DNA of 64,000 nucleotides, from contig CALDGX010000049.1 of assembly GCA_937941715.1 (NCBI GenBank), positions 9,949 through 73,948 on the forward strand. Direction: 5' to 3'. The position numbers and the translations under genes were made by a program. Source of the DNA: an uncultured Chloracidobacterium sp. GTDB lineage: Bacteria; Acidobacteriota; Blastocatellia; Pyrinomonadales; Pyrinomonadaceae. Within the stretch, counting starts at the first letter, position 1; the number at the start of each line of letters is the position of its first letter. Below, piece after piece: positions 8,788 to 19,335 of the stretch. The notes beneath the pieces are model-generated. The model searched no databases. It saw only the letters and a program-made list of their open reading frames with translations, and was not told the origin of the DNA.

Positions 8788-11748
8788 TCAAACGGGTTCA
8801 GTGATCATTGAAAGCAGACTAAATCTCGTTTGTTTGCCAAACAGGATGGAACTGCCATCCCGCAGCCAGGTAAGCCTGGAGAAATTCACTCCCGAGTCAT
8901 TATTTCGCGTAAGCCGCCGCGGTTCGCCGCCCGCCGCTGAGACTACCCAAATGTCGTCTTTATCTTGTTCCCTGGCGGCAAAGGCTATCTGCCTGCGGTC
9001 GGATGAAAGCGAAATGTTGTAATAGTACGCTTGCTTCAATCGAGCTACCGGCGACAACGCCCCACCGGCAGTCGGCACACGTTGAAGTATCGTTTCGGGC
9101 GGTAATCCGCTTTGTTTTTCCGATTCCGCGATAATAAGCCCGTTTTCGTCCGGCGTCCAACCGACCAGCCGGAAATTCTTGGTCGTTTCGAAAACGTCGG
9201 CCACCTTTCTGTCAGTCACGTCAACGATCCTCAATCCGCGGCGGATCACTCCGCCCGGTTGATCGGGCCTTGTCTGGAACGAAAATGCGATTCGCCTGCC
9301 GTCCGCCGACCAGATCGGGCAATTTACATTTTGGCCGCCGTGATAGTCAGTAACACGCTCCTCGGTCCCGTCAGTGGCGGAGACGGACCAAATGTTTGAA
9401 GCTCCGTCCCTCTCAGCGACAAAAGCTATGCGGGTTCCGTCCGGAGACCAACCGAATACTGCCGTTTGTATATGATTATATGGCGAAACCGAGTATCCGA
9501 TAGCCGGTATGCCGCCCTGCGTTAATCGGCGCACGCCTCCCCCATTGGGGTTGGCGACATGCAGTTCAAACGTGTCGGCGTTCTTCTTAACGAACGCCAA
9601 GGACGTCCCCTGCGGCGACCACGCAGGTAAAAATCCGCTCTCGCTCAATTGCAGGGCCTGATCGTCGCGCGACTTTATCGACTTGACCAATATTGAGCTC
9701 TCAAACAGATTGCTGCCGCGGCTTAGATTCCTGGCCGACTGAAACGCGACACGTTCCCCGTCCGGCGAGGCAACTGGCCACAACTCAGCACGGACGCTGC
9801 GGGAAACGGGCGACTCTTGTCCGTCAGCAAGATTTACGCGCCAAAGCCCGGATTCCTCCTTGGCAGAACTAACTATCATCGATCGCCCGTCGGGCGACGA
9901 ATCCACGACAATGCTATCGTTTTCGCCAAATGTAACGCGGACGGGTTTACCGCGGCCATCGACCTTATAAACCTGAAAAACGCCATCGGTCATCGAGCTG
10001 TAATCAAACCGCTCCTTTTCCGGCGTCCAGACCATACCGCCGAGTTCACCGGTACTCTCCGCGATCCGTTTAGGGCTTCGGTCTTCGCGGTCAGAGACAA
10101 AAAGCTGCCAGCCGTTTGCTTGCTGCCGCACGTACGCAATTGTCTTTTCGTCACCCGCGATGTCGGCCCAGATGATCTTGCCGGACCCCTCGCCCAATGC
10201 CGTTGCTCGTTGAGTGTTGCCCGAGGCGACGTCGATCCCATAAAGGTCGCCCTGTGATTGGTAATAGATCTTGCCGCTTTCCGTCCATCGGCGCAATTCA
10301 AAACTGCCGTCGGCGATCGGCCCGACCGAGCGCGGGGTGCCGCCGAGAGCCGAGACGCGCCACACGCCGGTCAGCGTGCTGCGTCCATCGCCGCCGTTTC
10401 CCTTTTGTGAGGAAAACGCGATCTCATCACCCTTCGGCGACCATATCGGATCTTTGTTTGAACTAGCGTCATTTGTGACCTGGATCGGTTCACCCGACGA
10501 AGCCTGGGTAACCCAAATGTTCTTGGACCCGGAACGCGTCGATGAAAAGGCGATCAGCTTCCCGTCGGGCGAAAAGCTCGCATTGCTGAAAAGCTCGCCG
10601 GGCGCGCTCGTCCAACTTGCGATCTCCGTCGTCTTGAATTCGCTCGGCGGCGTTGATCCGCCGCGGGAACGCAGCCACCAGGCACCGCCGATCAACACCG
10701 CGGCGAATAGAGATATCGCCAACACGTGAAAAAGCGTGAATCGGCGTTCGCGAAATATCATCGTCGACGTGTTCCGCGTCGCTGATGCTGTCGCGCCCCC
10801 GGTAGTGGTGACCGCAGCGGCTGGTTGCGTCATTTCAACGGTCTTTCCCTGCTTTTCCTCAAATCTGATCTCTTCCCTAAGGTCGTCCAGATCGATCTGA
10901 AGGTCCTTGATATGCTGGTACCGTTGATCGCGGTCTTTTCGCAGTGTTTTGTCGATGATCCTTTCGAGCTGCCGCGGAAGATCGGGTGCGACGGTACGGA
11001 GGACGGGCGTCGAATCCTTGAGGATCGAACTGACGATGTCCATCGGCCCGTCGCCCTCGAAAGGACACCGTCGGGTGAGCATTTCGAACATTACGACACC
11101 TAGGCTCCAAACGTCGGTACGTGCGTCCGTCTCCTTTCCCCGAGCCTGCTCGGGCGACATATATGCAACGGTCCCCATAACCATGCCGGGACGCGTGTTG
11201 ACGAGCGCCCGCGTTGCGTCCTCCGACGAGGCCATGGCCGGTGACCGGTCGGTCAGTTTGGCAAGGCCGAAATCGAGGACTTTGACGAGGCCATCACTGC
11301 GGACCATTATGTTTTCCGGCTTGATGTCGCGATGGACGATACCGGCCTCATGTGCCGCGGTCAGAGCCGCCGCTGCCTGTGCGAAAATGTCGAGAGCGGC
11401 CCGAAGTGTCAGAGGTTCACCGTTCAGGCAGTCACGGAGAGTTTGACCGTTGACAAACTCCGTGGCGATATAACGCACGCCGTCTACGCTGCCAATCTCA
11501 AAAACGGTTAGTATGTTTGGGTGATTTAGTGCCGATGCGGCTTTGGCCTCCTGCACGAACCGGCGAACGCGCTCATCATCATCAGCGGCGGCCGCCGGCA
11601 ACACCTTAAGAGCGACCTGGCGGTCTAGTTGCGTGTCTTCAGCGCGATAAACCTCGCCCATCCCGCCCTCGCCGATCTTGGCAACGATGCGGTAATGTGA
11701 GAGCTCTGTGCCGGTTTTAAGTTCTTCGCTCACTTGTTGCAAGGCCAT
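8788..11748 (-). CDS. Ser/Thr protein kinase fused to one TM segment and TolB-like (PD40/WD40-like) beta-propeller repeats
   Basis: Kinase motifs are GEGGMGEVY, VALK, HRDIKPENIM, DFGLAK and YMSPEQ. The C-terminus has repeated SPDG..IAF PD40-type blades. The ATG is at 11748. Confidence 0.9.
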   Translation of the reverse strand: MALQQVSEELKTGTELSHYRIVAKIGEGGMGEVYRAEDTQLDRQVALKVLPAAAADDDERVRRFVQEAKAASALNHPNILTVFEIGSVDGVRYIATEFVNGQTLRDCLNGEPLTLRAALDIFAQAAAALTAAHEAGIVHRDIKPENIMVRSDGLVKVLDFGLAKLTDRSPAMASSEDATRALVNTRPGMVMGTVAYMSPEQARGKETDARTDVWSLGVVMFEMLTRRCPFEGDGPMDIVSSILKDSTPVLRTVAPDLPRQLERIIDKTLRKDRDQRYQHIKDLQIDLDDLREEIRFEEKQGKTVEMTQPAAAVTTTGGATASATRNTSTMIFRERRFTLFHVLAISLFAAVLIGGAWWLRSRGGSTPPSEFKTTEIASWTSAPGELFSNASFSPDGKLIAFSSTRSGSKNIWVTQASSGEPIQVTNDASSNKDPIWSPKGDEIAFSSQKGNGGDGRSTLTGVWRVSALGGTPRSVGPIADGSFELRRWTESGKIYYQSQGDLYGIDVASGNTQRATALGEGSGKIIWADIAGDEKTIAYVRQQANGWQLFVSDREDRSPKRIAESTGELGGMVWTPEKERFDYSSMTDGVFQVYKVDGRGKPVRVTFGENDSIVVDSSPDGRSMIVSSAKEESGLWRVNLADGQESPVSRSVRAELWPVASPDGERVAFQSARNLSRGSNLFESSILVKSIKSRDDQALQLSESGFLPAWSPQGTSLAFVKKNADTFELHVANPNGGGVRRLTQGGIPAIGYSVSPYNHIQTAVFGWSPDGTRIAFVAERDGASNIWSVSATDGTEERVTDYHGGQNVNCPIWSADGRRIAFSFQTRPDQPGGVIRRGLRIVDVTDRKVADVFETTKNFRLVGWTPDENGLIIAESEKQSGLPPETILQRVPTAGGALSPVARLKQAYYYNISLSSDRRQIAFAAREQDKDDIWVVSAAGGEPRRLTRNNDSGVNFSRLTWLRDGSSILFGKQTRFSLLSMITEPV

Positions 11749-12005
11749 CAAGGCGGCCGATCATATCATGCCCGCACCATCTAAATACAAGATCGGCCAA
11801 ATGTGTGAGGTCGGGAAATTATAGCATCATAATGTACAAAAGGAGCACAAACTTTCGGCACTGAACATTGCCCCTGACCGCGGACGCGCGAATCATCCGA
11901 AACCGTTAGCGGGTCGGCCGCGTATTGTTAATGAAGCTTGTGCCGGATCAGTCCGGATTGATAGACTTGTAAAACAAAAAGTTTACCGACAAGGAGAGAT
12001 ATTCT

Positions 12006-12584
12006 ATGAAAAGAGCAGTATTTTTGTTCACGATACTTTTTTCACTTGTGTTGGCCGCAAACGCGCAGAGCGTCGAGGTAGGTTCGACCGTTGAGAGTTT
12101 TACGTTGCCCGATCTGGACGGCAATGTCCAAACGCTGAACGGCCTGAAGGGGAAAAATGGTACGGTCGTCGTTTTCCTTTCTGCCCAGTGCCCGGTAGTT
12201 AAGCTTTACAACGATCGGATCAACCAGATCGCGGCTGACTATGACGCGAGAGGGATCAAATTCATCGGCATCAACTCAAACGCAACCGAATCGCTCGACT
12301 GGGTAAAGTCCGACGCGGCAAAGGTCGGTTACAAGTTTCCCGTCCTGATCGACAAAGGCAATAAACTCGCTGATCGCCTCGGTGCGACCGTTACGCCTGA
12401 GATCTACTATCTGAGCGCGGATAACGTACTGCTCTATCACGGAGCGATTGATAACGACCGCTCGGGCAAGGCGGTCACGGAACAGTACCTTCGAACCGCA
12501 TTTGATCAGGCCCTGACAGGCAAAAAGATCGTCCGGACCAAGGCGAACGCATTCGGATGTACTATAAAACGCGTGGGTGAGTGA
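12006..12584 (+). CDS. Secreted thioredoxin-fold (redoxin/AhpC-TSA-like) protein
   Basis: It has a signal peptide, the segment FTLPDLDGN..GTVVVFLSAQCPVVKLY (a single Cys in the CP motif), and an AAGGAGAG ribosome-binding site before the ATG. Confidence 0.75.
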   Translation: MKRAVFLFTILFSLVLAANAQSVEVGSTVESFTLPDLDGNVQTLNGLKGKNGTVVVFLSAQCPVVKLYNDRINQIAADYDARGIKFIGINSNATESLDWVKSDAAKVGYKFPVLIDKGNKLADRLGATVTPEIYYLSADNVLLYHGAIDNDRSGKAVTEQYLRTAFDQALTGKKIVRTKANAFGCTIKRVGE

Positions 12585-12593
12585 TTTAAGACT

Positions 12594-13478
12594 ATGTCTG
12601 TAATTTGCAAGTATTTCTTGAGAGCGGCCATATGCGCCGCTCTTGTTTTCGCGGGGATCCAGATGGCCGCCGGTCAATCTGCCGCAATGCCGAAGGTCGC
12701 GAAGATCGATACTGACGGACTGTCCAAACTGATCAAACCGAACGGCAAACCACTACTGATAAATTTCTGGGCGACTTGGTGTGACCCGTGCCGCGAGGAG
12801 TTTCCGGATCTCGTCAAGATCGACGCAGAATACCGCGGTAAGATCGATTTCATTACGATCTCGCTTGACGATCTGGCGGATATCGACACGTTCGTTCCCA
12901 AGTTTCTCTCCGAGGTCAAAGCGACGATGCCGGCGTATCTGTTGAAGACCGATGACGAGACTGCTGCCATCAAGATGGTCTCGAACGACTGGTCCGGCAA
13001 CCTGCCGATGACCGTGCTTTTTGACGCAAACGGCAAGCCCGCATATCAGAGAAACGGAAAGGTCAGGTTTGTGAATCTCGTCGCTGAAATCGACAAGGTG
13101 CTCACCGCAAAACCCTTGGCAGATGAAATGTACGTCACCATTGATTACGTCAAGATCAAGGATGGCCGCCGCGATGAGGCGATGTACTTTTACGAAAATA
13201 ACTGGAAGCTGTATCGCGATGAGGCCTTAAAACGCGGTGTCATCCACTCGTATCAGATGCTCGGATCAATTCCTTCGACGACGGCCCCTTTCGACATTAT
13301 TCTGACGACCTGGTACAAGAACGAAGAGCAGCACAAAAACAGTGAAAAGAACTTCGAACCTATCCTGAAAGAGCTTCGCCCGACTGGCCCAAAGCTCAAG
13401 AACGGTCTCGGGATCGATGATTTTCGGCAAAGCCTTTTTGTCTTTCGTGGAAAGGCGATTTACGGTTCTATTAAATAA
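12594..13478 (+). CDS. TlpA-family thiol:disulfide oxidoreductase fused to a C-terminal about 120-aa alpha+beta domain
   Basis: It has a signal peptide and a WATWCDPCREEFP (CxxC) motif. The extra C-terminal domain (YVTIDYVKIKDGRRDEAMYFYENNWKLY...) is not part of TlpA. Confidence 0.8.
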   Translation: MSVICKYFLRAAICAALVFAGIQMAAGQSAAMPKVAKIDTDGLSKLIKPNGKPLLINFWATWCDPCREEFPDLVKIDAEYRGKIDFITISLDDLADIDTFVPKFLSEVKATMPAYLLKTDDETAAIKMVSNDWSGNLPMTVLFDANGKPAYQRNGKVRFVNLVAEIDKVLTAKPLADEMYVTIDYVKIKDGRRDEAMYFYENNWKLYRDEALKRGVIHSYQMLGSIPSTTAPFDIILTTWYKNEEQHKNSEKNFEPILKELRPTGPKLKNGLGIDDFRQSLFVFRGKAIYGSIK

Positions 13479-13496
13479 ATAAGAGGAGCGAAGAAA

Positions 13497-13997
13497 ATGT
13501 TCAGAAAGATAGATGATTTTGCCAAAGCCTGGGACTACGAGACCGAGGCGACGGTCAAGGTGATGAATGCCCTAACCGATGAGTCACTCACACAAAAGGT
13601 CACCGACGACGGGCGCTCACTCGGATTTATCGCCTGGCACATCACTCAAACACTTGGTGAAATGCCTGGTTTGGTCGGCTTGACGGTCGAGGCACCGGAG
13701 TTCTCGGACGAATGTCCGGCAAGTTCGGGCGAGATCGCCACTGCATTTGAAACGGCTGCCCGATCCGTGGCGGTTCAAGTGTCGGAAAATTGGACCGACG
13801 AAACGCTCCTGCTTGAAGACGAAATGTACGGGGAAACCTGGTCGCGGGGGATGACGCTGTTTTACCTGATCGCTCATCAGGGACATCATCGGGGACAAAT
13901 GACGGTTCTGATGCGCCAAGCCGGACTTTCCGTTCCGGGGATCTACGGTCCCTCCAAAGAGGAATGGGCCGCGTTCGGTGCCCCCGCAATGCCCTGA
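13497..13997 (+). CDS. DinB family protein
   Basis: It has the motif LIAHQGHHRGQMTVLMRQAGL and an AGGAG ribosome-binding site upstream. Confidence 0.8.
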   Translation: MFRKIDDFAKAWDYETEATVKVMNALTDESLTQKVTDDGRSLGFIAWHITQTLGEMPGLVGLTVEAPEFSDECPASSGEIATAFETAARSVAVQVSENWTDETLLLEDEMYGETWSRGMTLFYLIAHQGHHRGQMTVLMRQAGLSVPGIYGPSKEEWAAFGAPAMP

Positions 13998-14025
13998 CCC
14001 TGGTTTCCAAAAAGATCGCCGATCC

Positions 14026-14055
14026 GGCCGCGTCCAAAAACGCGGCCTTTCTTTG
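14026..14055 (+). terminator. Rho-independent terminator after the DinB gene
   Basis: The stem ggccgcg / cgcggcc has an 8-nt loop and is followed by tttctttg. Confidence 0.5.
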
Positions 14056-14131
14056 GTTCGCGGAAATCGACATCATTCATCAAACGTTCTAAAATGTCAG
14101 TTTCGTTTTCCATTGGCGAAGTTAACATAAG

Positions 14132-16378
14132 ATGAACGAAACAAACATCACTCCGGACGTTGTCGCTCAGCACGGGCTTACTGAGGAAGAGTATAAGAAG
14201 ATAATCGATCTGATGGGCCGCGAACCCAACATCACCGAACTTGGCGTTTTCAGCGTGATGTGGTCAGAACACTGCTCGTACAAGTCGTCACGCGTTCATT
14301 TAAAGAGACTCCCGACCTCCGGCCCACGCGTCATCGTTCCGCCGGGCGAAAATGCCGGTGTCGTCGATATCGGTGACGATTGGTGCGTTGCCTTTAAGGT
14401 CGAGTCGCATAATCACCCGAGTTTTATCGAACCTTTCCAAGGTGCTGCGACCGGCGTCGGCGGTATCTTGCGTGATGTATTCACGATGGGTGCGCGGCCG
14501 ATAGCGGCGATGAACTCGCTCCGCTTTGGCCCGCTCGATGATGCAAAACACGGCGCGCGAAATCGCTCGATCCTAAAAGGCTGTGTCGAGGGCATTGGAC
14601 ATTACGGCAACTGTTTCGGCGTACCCACGGTCGGAGGCGAAGTGGTCTTTGACGAATCGTACAGCCTTAACCCTTTGGTTAATGCCTTTGCCTTAGGCAT
14701 CCTGCGCAAAGATCAGATCTTTTTTGGCAAAGCGGACGGCATCGGTAATCCAGTTCTCTATGCCGGAGCGAAAACCGGCCGCGACGGCATACACGGCGCT
14801 ACGATGGCGTCTGCGGAGTTTGATGAAGAAGCGCTGGAAAAACGGCCGACGGTCCAGGTGGGCGACCCCTTTCTTGAAAAGCTGCTGCTTGAGGCATGTC
14901 TTGAGGCAATGCGCTCCGGGGCGATCAAAGGAATTCAGGACATGGGAGCGGCAGGACTAACGTCATCGTCGGTCGAAATGGCGGCGCGGGCCGGCACCGG
15001 CCTCGAGCTTGATCTGACGCTCGTCCCCCAACGTGAGACCGGGATGACCGCATACGAGATGCTGCTGTCTGAGTCGCAGGAGCGAATGCTGATCGTCGCT
15101 CGCGAAGGCCGCGAAAAGGAGGTCGTCGAGATATTCAATAAATGGGATCTCGATGCGGTAGTTATCGGCAAGGTTGTCGAGGGTGACCGGCTCAAGATAT
15201 TTCATCACGGCGAACTCCGGGCGGATCTGCCCGTTATGGCGCTCACCGACGAAGCTCCGAAATACCAGCGCCCGATGACACCGCCGGCACGGGTCGAAGG
15301 CCGTGGCTTTGTGCACCAGCCACCTTCGGCCGACGCCAACGAGGCCCTCGTACGATTGCTCGGTTCGGGCAATATTTGTTCCAAACACTGGGTTTACGAG
15401 CAGTATGATTCGATGGTGCGAACAAATACGGCGATCCTGCCGGGTGCGGATGCTGCGGTGATTCGGGTCAAAGAGACTCGCCGGGCGATCGCCATGTGTC
15501 TCGACGGAAATGGCAAGTTCGCCGCGATCGATCCGCGGATGGGAGCTAAGTTGGCTGTCGCCGAAGCCGCCCGAAACGTCGTTTGTGTCGGAGCAAAGCC
15601 GATCGCGGTCACAAATTGTCTCAATTTTGCTTCTCCTGAAAGGCCTGAGGTGATGTGGAGTTTTTCCGAGGTCATCGACGGTATGACCGAGGCCTGTAAT
15701 GCATTTGAAACACCCGTCGTGTCCGGAAATGTTTCGTTCTACAACGAAACCGACGGGGCGGGCATTTTGCCGACGCCGACGATCGGAATGGTCGGGATCA
15801 TCGATGACACCCGAAAACTGATCACGCGCGGTTTCAAGTCCGAAGGCGATATCATTGCCATACTCGGATCAACAAAGGACGATCTCGCCGCTAGCGAATA
15901 TGCACATACGATCCTTGGTCTCTCGACGGCCGAGATCATCGCGAACGGGTCGCTGCCGGAGATCGACCTCGCTCTGGAAAATCAGGTTCAGAACACCCTG
16001 TTAAAACTCGCGGACGAAATGGTCCTGCGGTCGGCTCACGACTGTGCGGACGGCGGCTTGGCCGTGACGATTGCTGAGTCATGTTTTTCCTCGCTGGGCC
16101 GTGATGCGATCGGCGCTGTATTCGACCTCGATGTCGATGGCCTCTCGGCCGAATCAGTGCTTTTCGGCGAAACTCCTTCACGTATCGTCATCAGCTTTGC
16201 CCCTGAGGACCTTTACCGGGTTGAGGCCATCGCCGGCACTTGTCCATTCAAAGTCATTGGAAAAGTGGGCGGAGAAATTTTGTCGATCTCACTTAACGGC
16301 AAACCGGTCATCGGTAAGACCGTTTCTGAACTGCAGAATGCCTGGCACTCGTCTCTCGCCTCAAGATTAGAAACATAG
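14132..16378 (+). CDS. purL: Phosphoribosylformylglycinamidine synthase subunit PurL
   Basis: At 748 aa it matches small PurL in length. N-terminal motifs are [30 protein letters not shown] and [14 protein letters not shown]. Confidence 0.95.
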   Translation: MNETNITPDVVAQHGLTEEEYKKIIDLMGREPNITELGVFSVMWSEHCSYKSSRVHLKRLPTSGPRVIVPPGENAGVVDIGDDWCVAFKVESHNHPSFIEPFQGAATGVGGILRDVFTMGARPIAAMNSLRFGPLDDAKHGARNRSILKGCVEGIGHYGNCFGVPTVGGEVVFDESYSLNPLVNAFALGILRKDQIFFGKADGIGNPVLYAGAKTGRDGIHGATMASAEFDEEALEKRPTVQVGDPFLEKLLLEACLEAMRSGAIKGIQDMGAAGLTSSSVEMAARAGTGLELDLTLVPQRETGMTAYEMLLSESQERMLIVAREGREKEVVEIFNKWDLDAVVIGKVVEGDRLKIFHHGELRADLPVMALTDEAPKYQRPMTPPARVEGRGFVHQPPSADANEALVRLLGSGNICSKHWVYEQYDSMVRTNTAILPGADAAVIRVKETRRAIAMCLDGNGKFAAIDPRMGAKLAVAEAARNVVCVGAKPIAVTNCLNFASPERPEVMWSFSEVIDGMTEACNAFETPVVSGNVSFYNETDGAGILPTPTIGMVGIIDDTRKLITRGFKSEGDIIAILGSTKDDLAASEYAHTILGLSTAEIIANGSLPEIDLALENQVQNTLLKLADEMVLRSAHDCADGGLAVTIAESCFSSLGRDAIGAVFDLDVDGLSAESVLFGETPSRIVISFAPEDLYRVEAIAGTCPFKVIGKVGGEILSISLNGKPVIGKTVSELQNAWHSSLASRLET

Positions 16379-16567
16379 TTCCGCCATCTTTCGGCCGCCG
16401 ATCGATTTGCCTTTTTAGAAACATTACTTTATAGTAAGGTTTCAATTTTATTGGCAATTTCCTCCACTCTGCCTAACGAAAACAAGCAACATTTACGCTG
16501 AGCTACTCGGTTGTTTTTATGGATATTGCCGCGTCAGTTGAATTAAAAGATCAGAGGTTCTAATTGA

Positions 16568-18124
16568 ATGACAATAGCTGAAAACCCGTTAAACGCTGAA
16601 AATCAAGGTATTTTTTATCGATGGCTTAATCGGATCGAGCGGATCGGCAACGCCATTCCCAATCCGGCACTTTTGTTTATTGTTCTGGCTTTCGTCGTGC
16701 TGCTGCTTTCCGCTGTCGTTTCGTGGGCTGACCTTTCTGTAAAGCACCCGGGAACAGGCGAGACGATCCGTGCCGTGAACCTGCTCTCTGTTGAGGGTCT
16801 TCACAAGATACTTGGCGGACTGGTCACGAATTTCACCGGCTTTGCCCCGCTCGGTGTTGTTCTGGTTGCGATCCTCGGCATCTCGGTAGCCGAAGCAAGC
16901 GGGTTGATCTCAGCACTAATGAGATTGCTTGTGCTGTCCGCCCCGAAAAAGCTCCTTACGGTTGTCATTGTCTTCGCCGGGGTTCTTTCGCATATGGCCA
17001 GCGATGTTGGCTATGTGCTGTTGATCCCGTTGGCGGCGATGCTGTTCTTAGCTGTTGGCCGCCATCCGCTGGTCGGTTTGGCGGCGGCGTTTGCCGGTGT
17101 TTCCGGCGGCTTCAGCGCCAATCTTCTGATCGGGCCGACAGATGCTTTGCTTGCCGGACTTACTCAGGAAGCTGCCCGGATCATTGACCCGGCCTATTTG
17201 GTCACCCCAGCCGCGAATTACTACTTTATGGCGGCTTCGGCATTTTTGGTGACAGCCCTCGGCACCTGGGTCACCGAGGCTATTGTGGCTCCGCGTCTGG
17301 GTGATTATAAAGGCGTGGCGAAACAGGAGACGCTCGAAAAGCTGTCGCCGGCGGAAAAACGTGGGATGTGGGTCACCTCGATCGTCGCGTTGCTTTTTGT
17401 TGGGTTCATTCTATGGGGGACGGTTCCGTCTGACGGGTTTCTTCGTGACCCCAAAACAGGTAGTTTGCTTAAATCGCCGTTTTTGTCCGGGATCGTGGCG
17501 TTCATATTTGCCGGCGGAGTGCTTCTTGGCCTCGCATACGGTATCGGCTCACGTACTTTCAAGAAGGCTGATGATGTGATCAATGCCATGGAAAATTCCA
17601 TGAAGACAATGTCCGTTTATCTCGTGCTTGCATTTTTTGCGGCACAGTTCGTGGCATTCTTTAATTGGACCAACCTTGGAATAATACTCGCGGTCGAAGG
17701 TGCGGAACTCCTCCGGGGCATGCAGCTTAGCGGTGTTACACTGATCATCGCTTTTGTGGTACTTTCGATCGTGCTGGACCTATTCATTGGGTCAGCATCG
17801 GCGAAATGGGCGGTAATGGCTCCGGTATTTGTTCCGATGATGATGCTGCTCGGATACTCGCCCGAGTTGACCCAAGCCGCATACCGCATTGGCGATAGTG
17901 TCTGTAACATTATCACGCCGCTGATGTCATATTTCCCCCTGATAGTCGCCTTCGCACAAAAATACGAACCCAAAGCCGGCATAGGAACGATAATGGCGAT
18001 GATGATGCCTTACTCGATCGCGTTCTTTATCGGTTGGACGCTCTTCTTGATCGTGTGGTTCTACCTTGGTTTGCCCCTCGGCCCGGGAGCGGAGTTATTC
18101 TACGAAACCAAACCTGCGACGTAG
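16568..18124 (+). CDS. AbgT-family (p-aminobenzoyl-glutamate / antimetabolite) transporter
   Basis: It is a 518-aa polytopic membrane protein. The N-terminus ([22 protein letters not shown]) and overall layout are typical of AbgT/MtrF. Confidence 0.85.
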   Translation: MTIAENPLNAENQGIFYRWLNRIERIGNAIPNPALLFIVLAFVVLLLSAVVSWADLSVKHPGTGETIRAVNLLSVEGLHKILGGLVTNFTGFAPLGVVLVAILGISVAEASGLISALMRLLVLSAPKKLLTVVIVFAGVLSHMASDVGYVLLIPLAAMLFLAVGRHPLVGLAAAFAGVSGGFSANLLIGPTDALLAGLTQEAARIIDPAYLVTPAANYYFMAASAFLVTALGTWVTEAIVAPRLGDYKGVAKQETLEKLSPAEKRGMWVTSIVALLFVGFILWGTVPSDGFLRDPKTGSLLKSPFLSGIVAFIFAGGVLLGLAYGIGSRTFKKADDVINAMENSMKTMSVYLVLAFFAAQFVAFFNWTNLGIILAVEGAELLRGMQLSGVTLIIAFVVLSIVLDLFIGSASAKWAVMAPVFVPMMMLLGYSPELTQAAYRIGDSVCNIITPLMSYFPLIVAFAQKYEPKAGIGTIMAMMMPYSIAFFIGWTLFLIVWFYLGLPLGPGAELFYETKPAT

Positions 18125-18177
18125 GCAAATTAGTGATCGGCACTACTGATCGATATCGTAGTGATTTAAGATAGTGA

Positions 18178-18202
18178 GCGGCCATGCGATTGTCATGGCC
18201 GC
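18178..18202 (+). terminator. Hairpin between the AbgT-family transporter gene and hemW (weak terminator or attenuator)
   Basis: A 9-bp stem (gcggccatg / catggccgc) with a 7-nt loop is followed by atatttat and runs into the hemW ATG. Confidence 0.35.
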
Positions 18203-18208
18203 ATATTT

Positions 18209-19333
18209 ATGCCCGGTACAGGCGTTTACCTACATATTCCTTTCTGCAGATCGCGATGTTCCTATTGTGACTTTGCGACCGACGTCTATCGCAGTAGCGG
18301 TGCGGTCGAAAGGTACGTGGCCGCTCTGATCTCCGAAATTCAAAATTCCCGGATCGATATCGAAAGTGCCGCGGACACTGTCTATTTTGGCGGCGGAACG
18401 CCCTCGCTGCTTTTGCCGCAACAGGTAGAACGCATAATTGAGGTCGTCCGCGACAGGTTTGGCATCTCCGTCGACACCGAGATCACGATGGAGATGAATC
18501 CGGCGACTGTTACACTCGAGTCCCTCACGGCGTACCGTTCACTGGGCGTGAATCGGGCGAGCTTCGGCGTGCAAACATTTGACGACACGGCGCTGAAGTT
18601 GCTGGCCCGCGGGCACAATGCCGACGATGCGCGAAACACTTTCAAACTGCTCCGTGAAGCGGGGTTTGATAATATCAGTCTCGATCTAATTGCCGGTCCG
18701 CCCGGCCAGACGCTTGGTCAATGGGAGCAGAATCTGGACGAGGCTCTCAGTCTATCGCCGGAGCATATCTCGCTTTACCTGTTGGAGATCCATCAGGGTA
18801 CGCCGTTGGCTGAACAGATCCGGAGCGGCCGTCAGACGCGGCCTGACGAGGAACTGGCGGCCGAAATGTACGAGATGATGCTCGACCGCCTCGACGCGGC
18901 GGGTTACGCACAATATGAGATCTCGAACTTCTCATTGCCCGGCCGCGAGTCTTGCCACAATTCAAAGTACTGGACCCTCGATCCGGTGTTCGGCTTTGGC
19001 GTGTCGGCGCATTCCTTCGACGGCCGCGAACGTTACGCCAACGAGCGCGACACCGCAAAGTATGTCGAGATGATATCTTCGAGCGGCATTGCCGAGATCA
19101 AGCGTGAGGCGGTGGACCTCTGTTCCGAGTATATCTTTCTTGGCCTGCGGCTTGATGCCGGCATCGAAATGGAAGACTTCAGAAACCGTTTCGGGGTCGA
19201 GTTTACTGGGAAATACGAGAATGAGATAGCCTCACTTCTTGAGTCCGAACTGGTCGAGATAGATGACGGCCGTATCCGTCTGACGCGGTTTGGCAAACTC
19301 TATTCGAACGAGGTCTTCGCTTACTTTGTGTAA
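18209..19333 (+). CDS. hemW: Radical SAM heme chaperone HemW (HemN-like, oxygen-independent coproporphyrinogen oxidase family)
   Basis: It has the motif YLHIPFCRSRCSYCDF (CxxxCxxC) and a C-terminal HemN_C-like region. Its length is 374 aa. Confidence 0.85.
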   Translation: MPGTGVYLHIPFCRSRCSYCDFATDVYRSSGAVERYVAALISEIQNSRIDIESAADTVYFGGGTPSLLLPQQVERIIEVVRDRFGISVDTEITMEMNPATVTLESLTAYRSLGVNRASFGVQTFDDTALKLLARGHNADDARNTFKLLREAGFDNISLDLIAGPPGQTLGQWEQNLDEALSLSPEHISLYLLEIHQGTPLAEQIRSGRQTRPDEELAAEMYEMMLDRLDAAGYAQYEISNFSLPGRESCHNSKYWTLDPVFGFGVSAHSFDGRERYANERDTAKYVEMISSSGIAEIKREAVDLCSEYIFLGLRLDAGIEMEDFRNRFGVEFTGKYENEIASLLESELVEIDDGRIRLTRFGKLYSNEVFAYFV

Positions 19334-19335
19334 AT

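Noticed and set aside
12582-12596. The in-frame TGA between the two thioredoxin-fold genes could be selenocysteine read-through, since selA is present in the window.
   Set aside because: The downstream ORF has its own ATG and its own signal peptide, so a fusion would bury a signal peptide internally. The TGA is not at a redox-motif position. Sharing a frame happens by chance one time in three.
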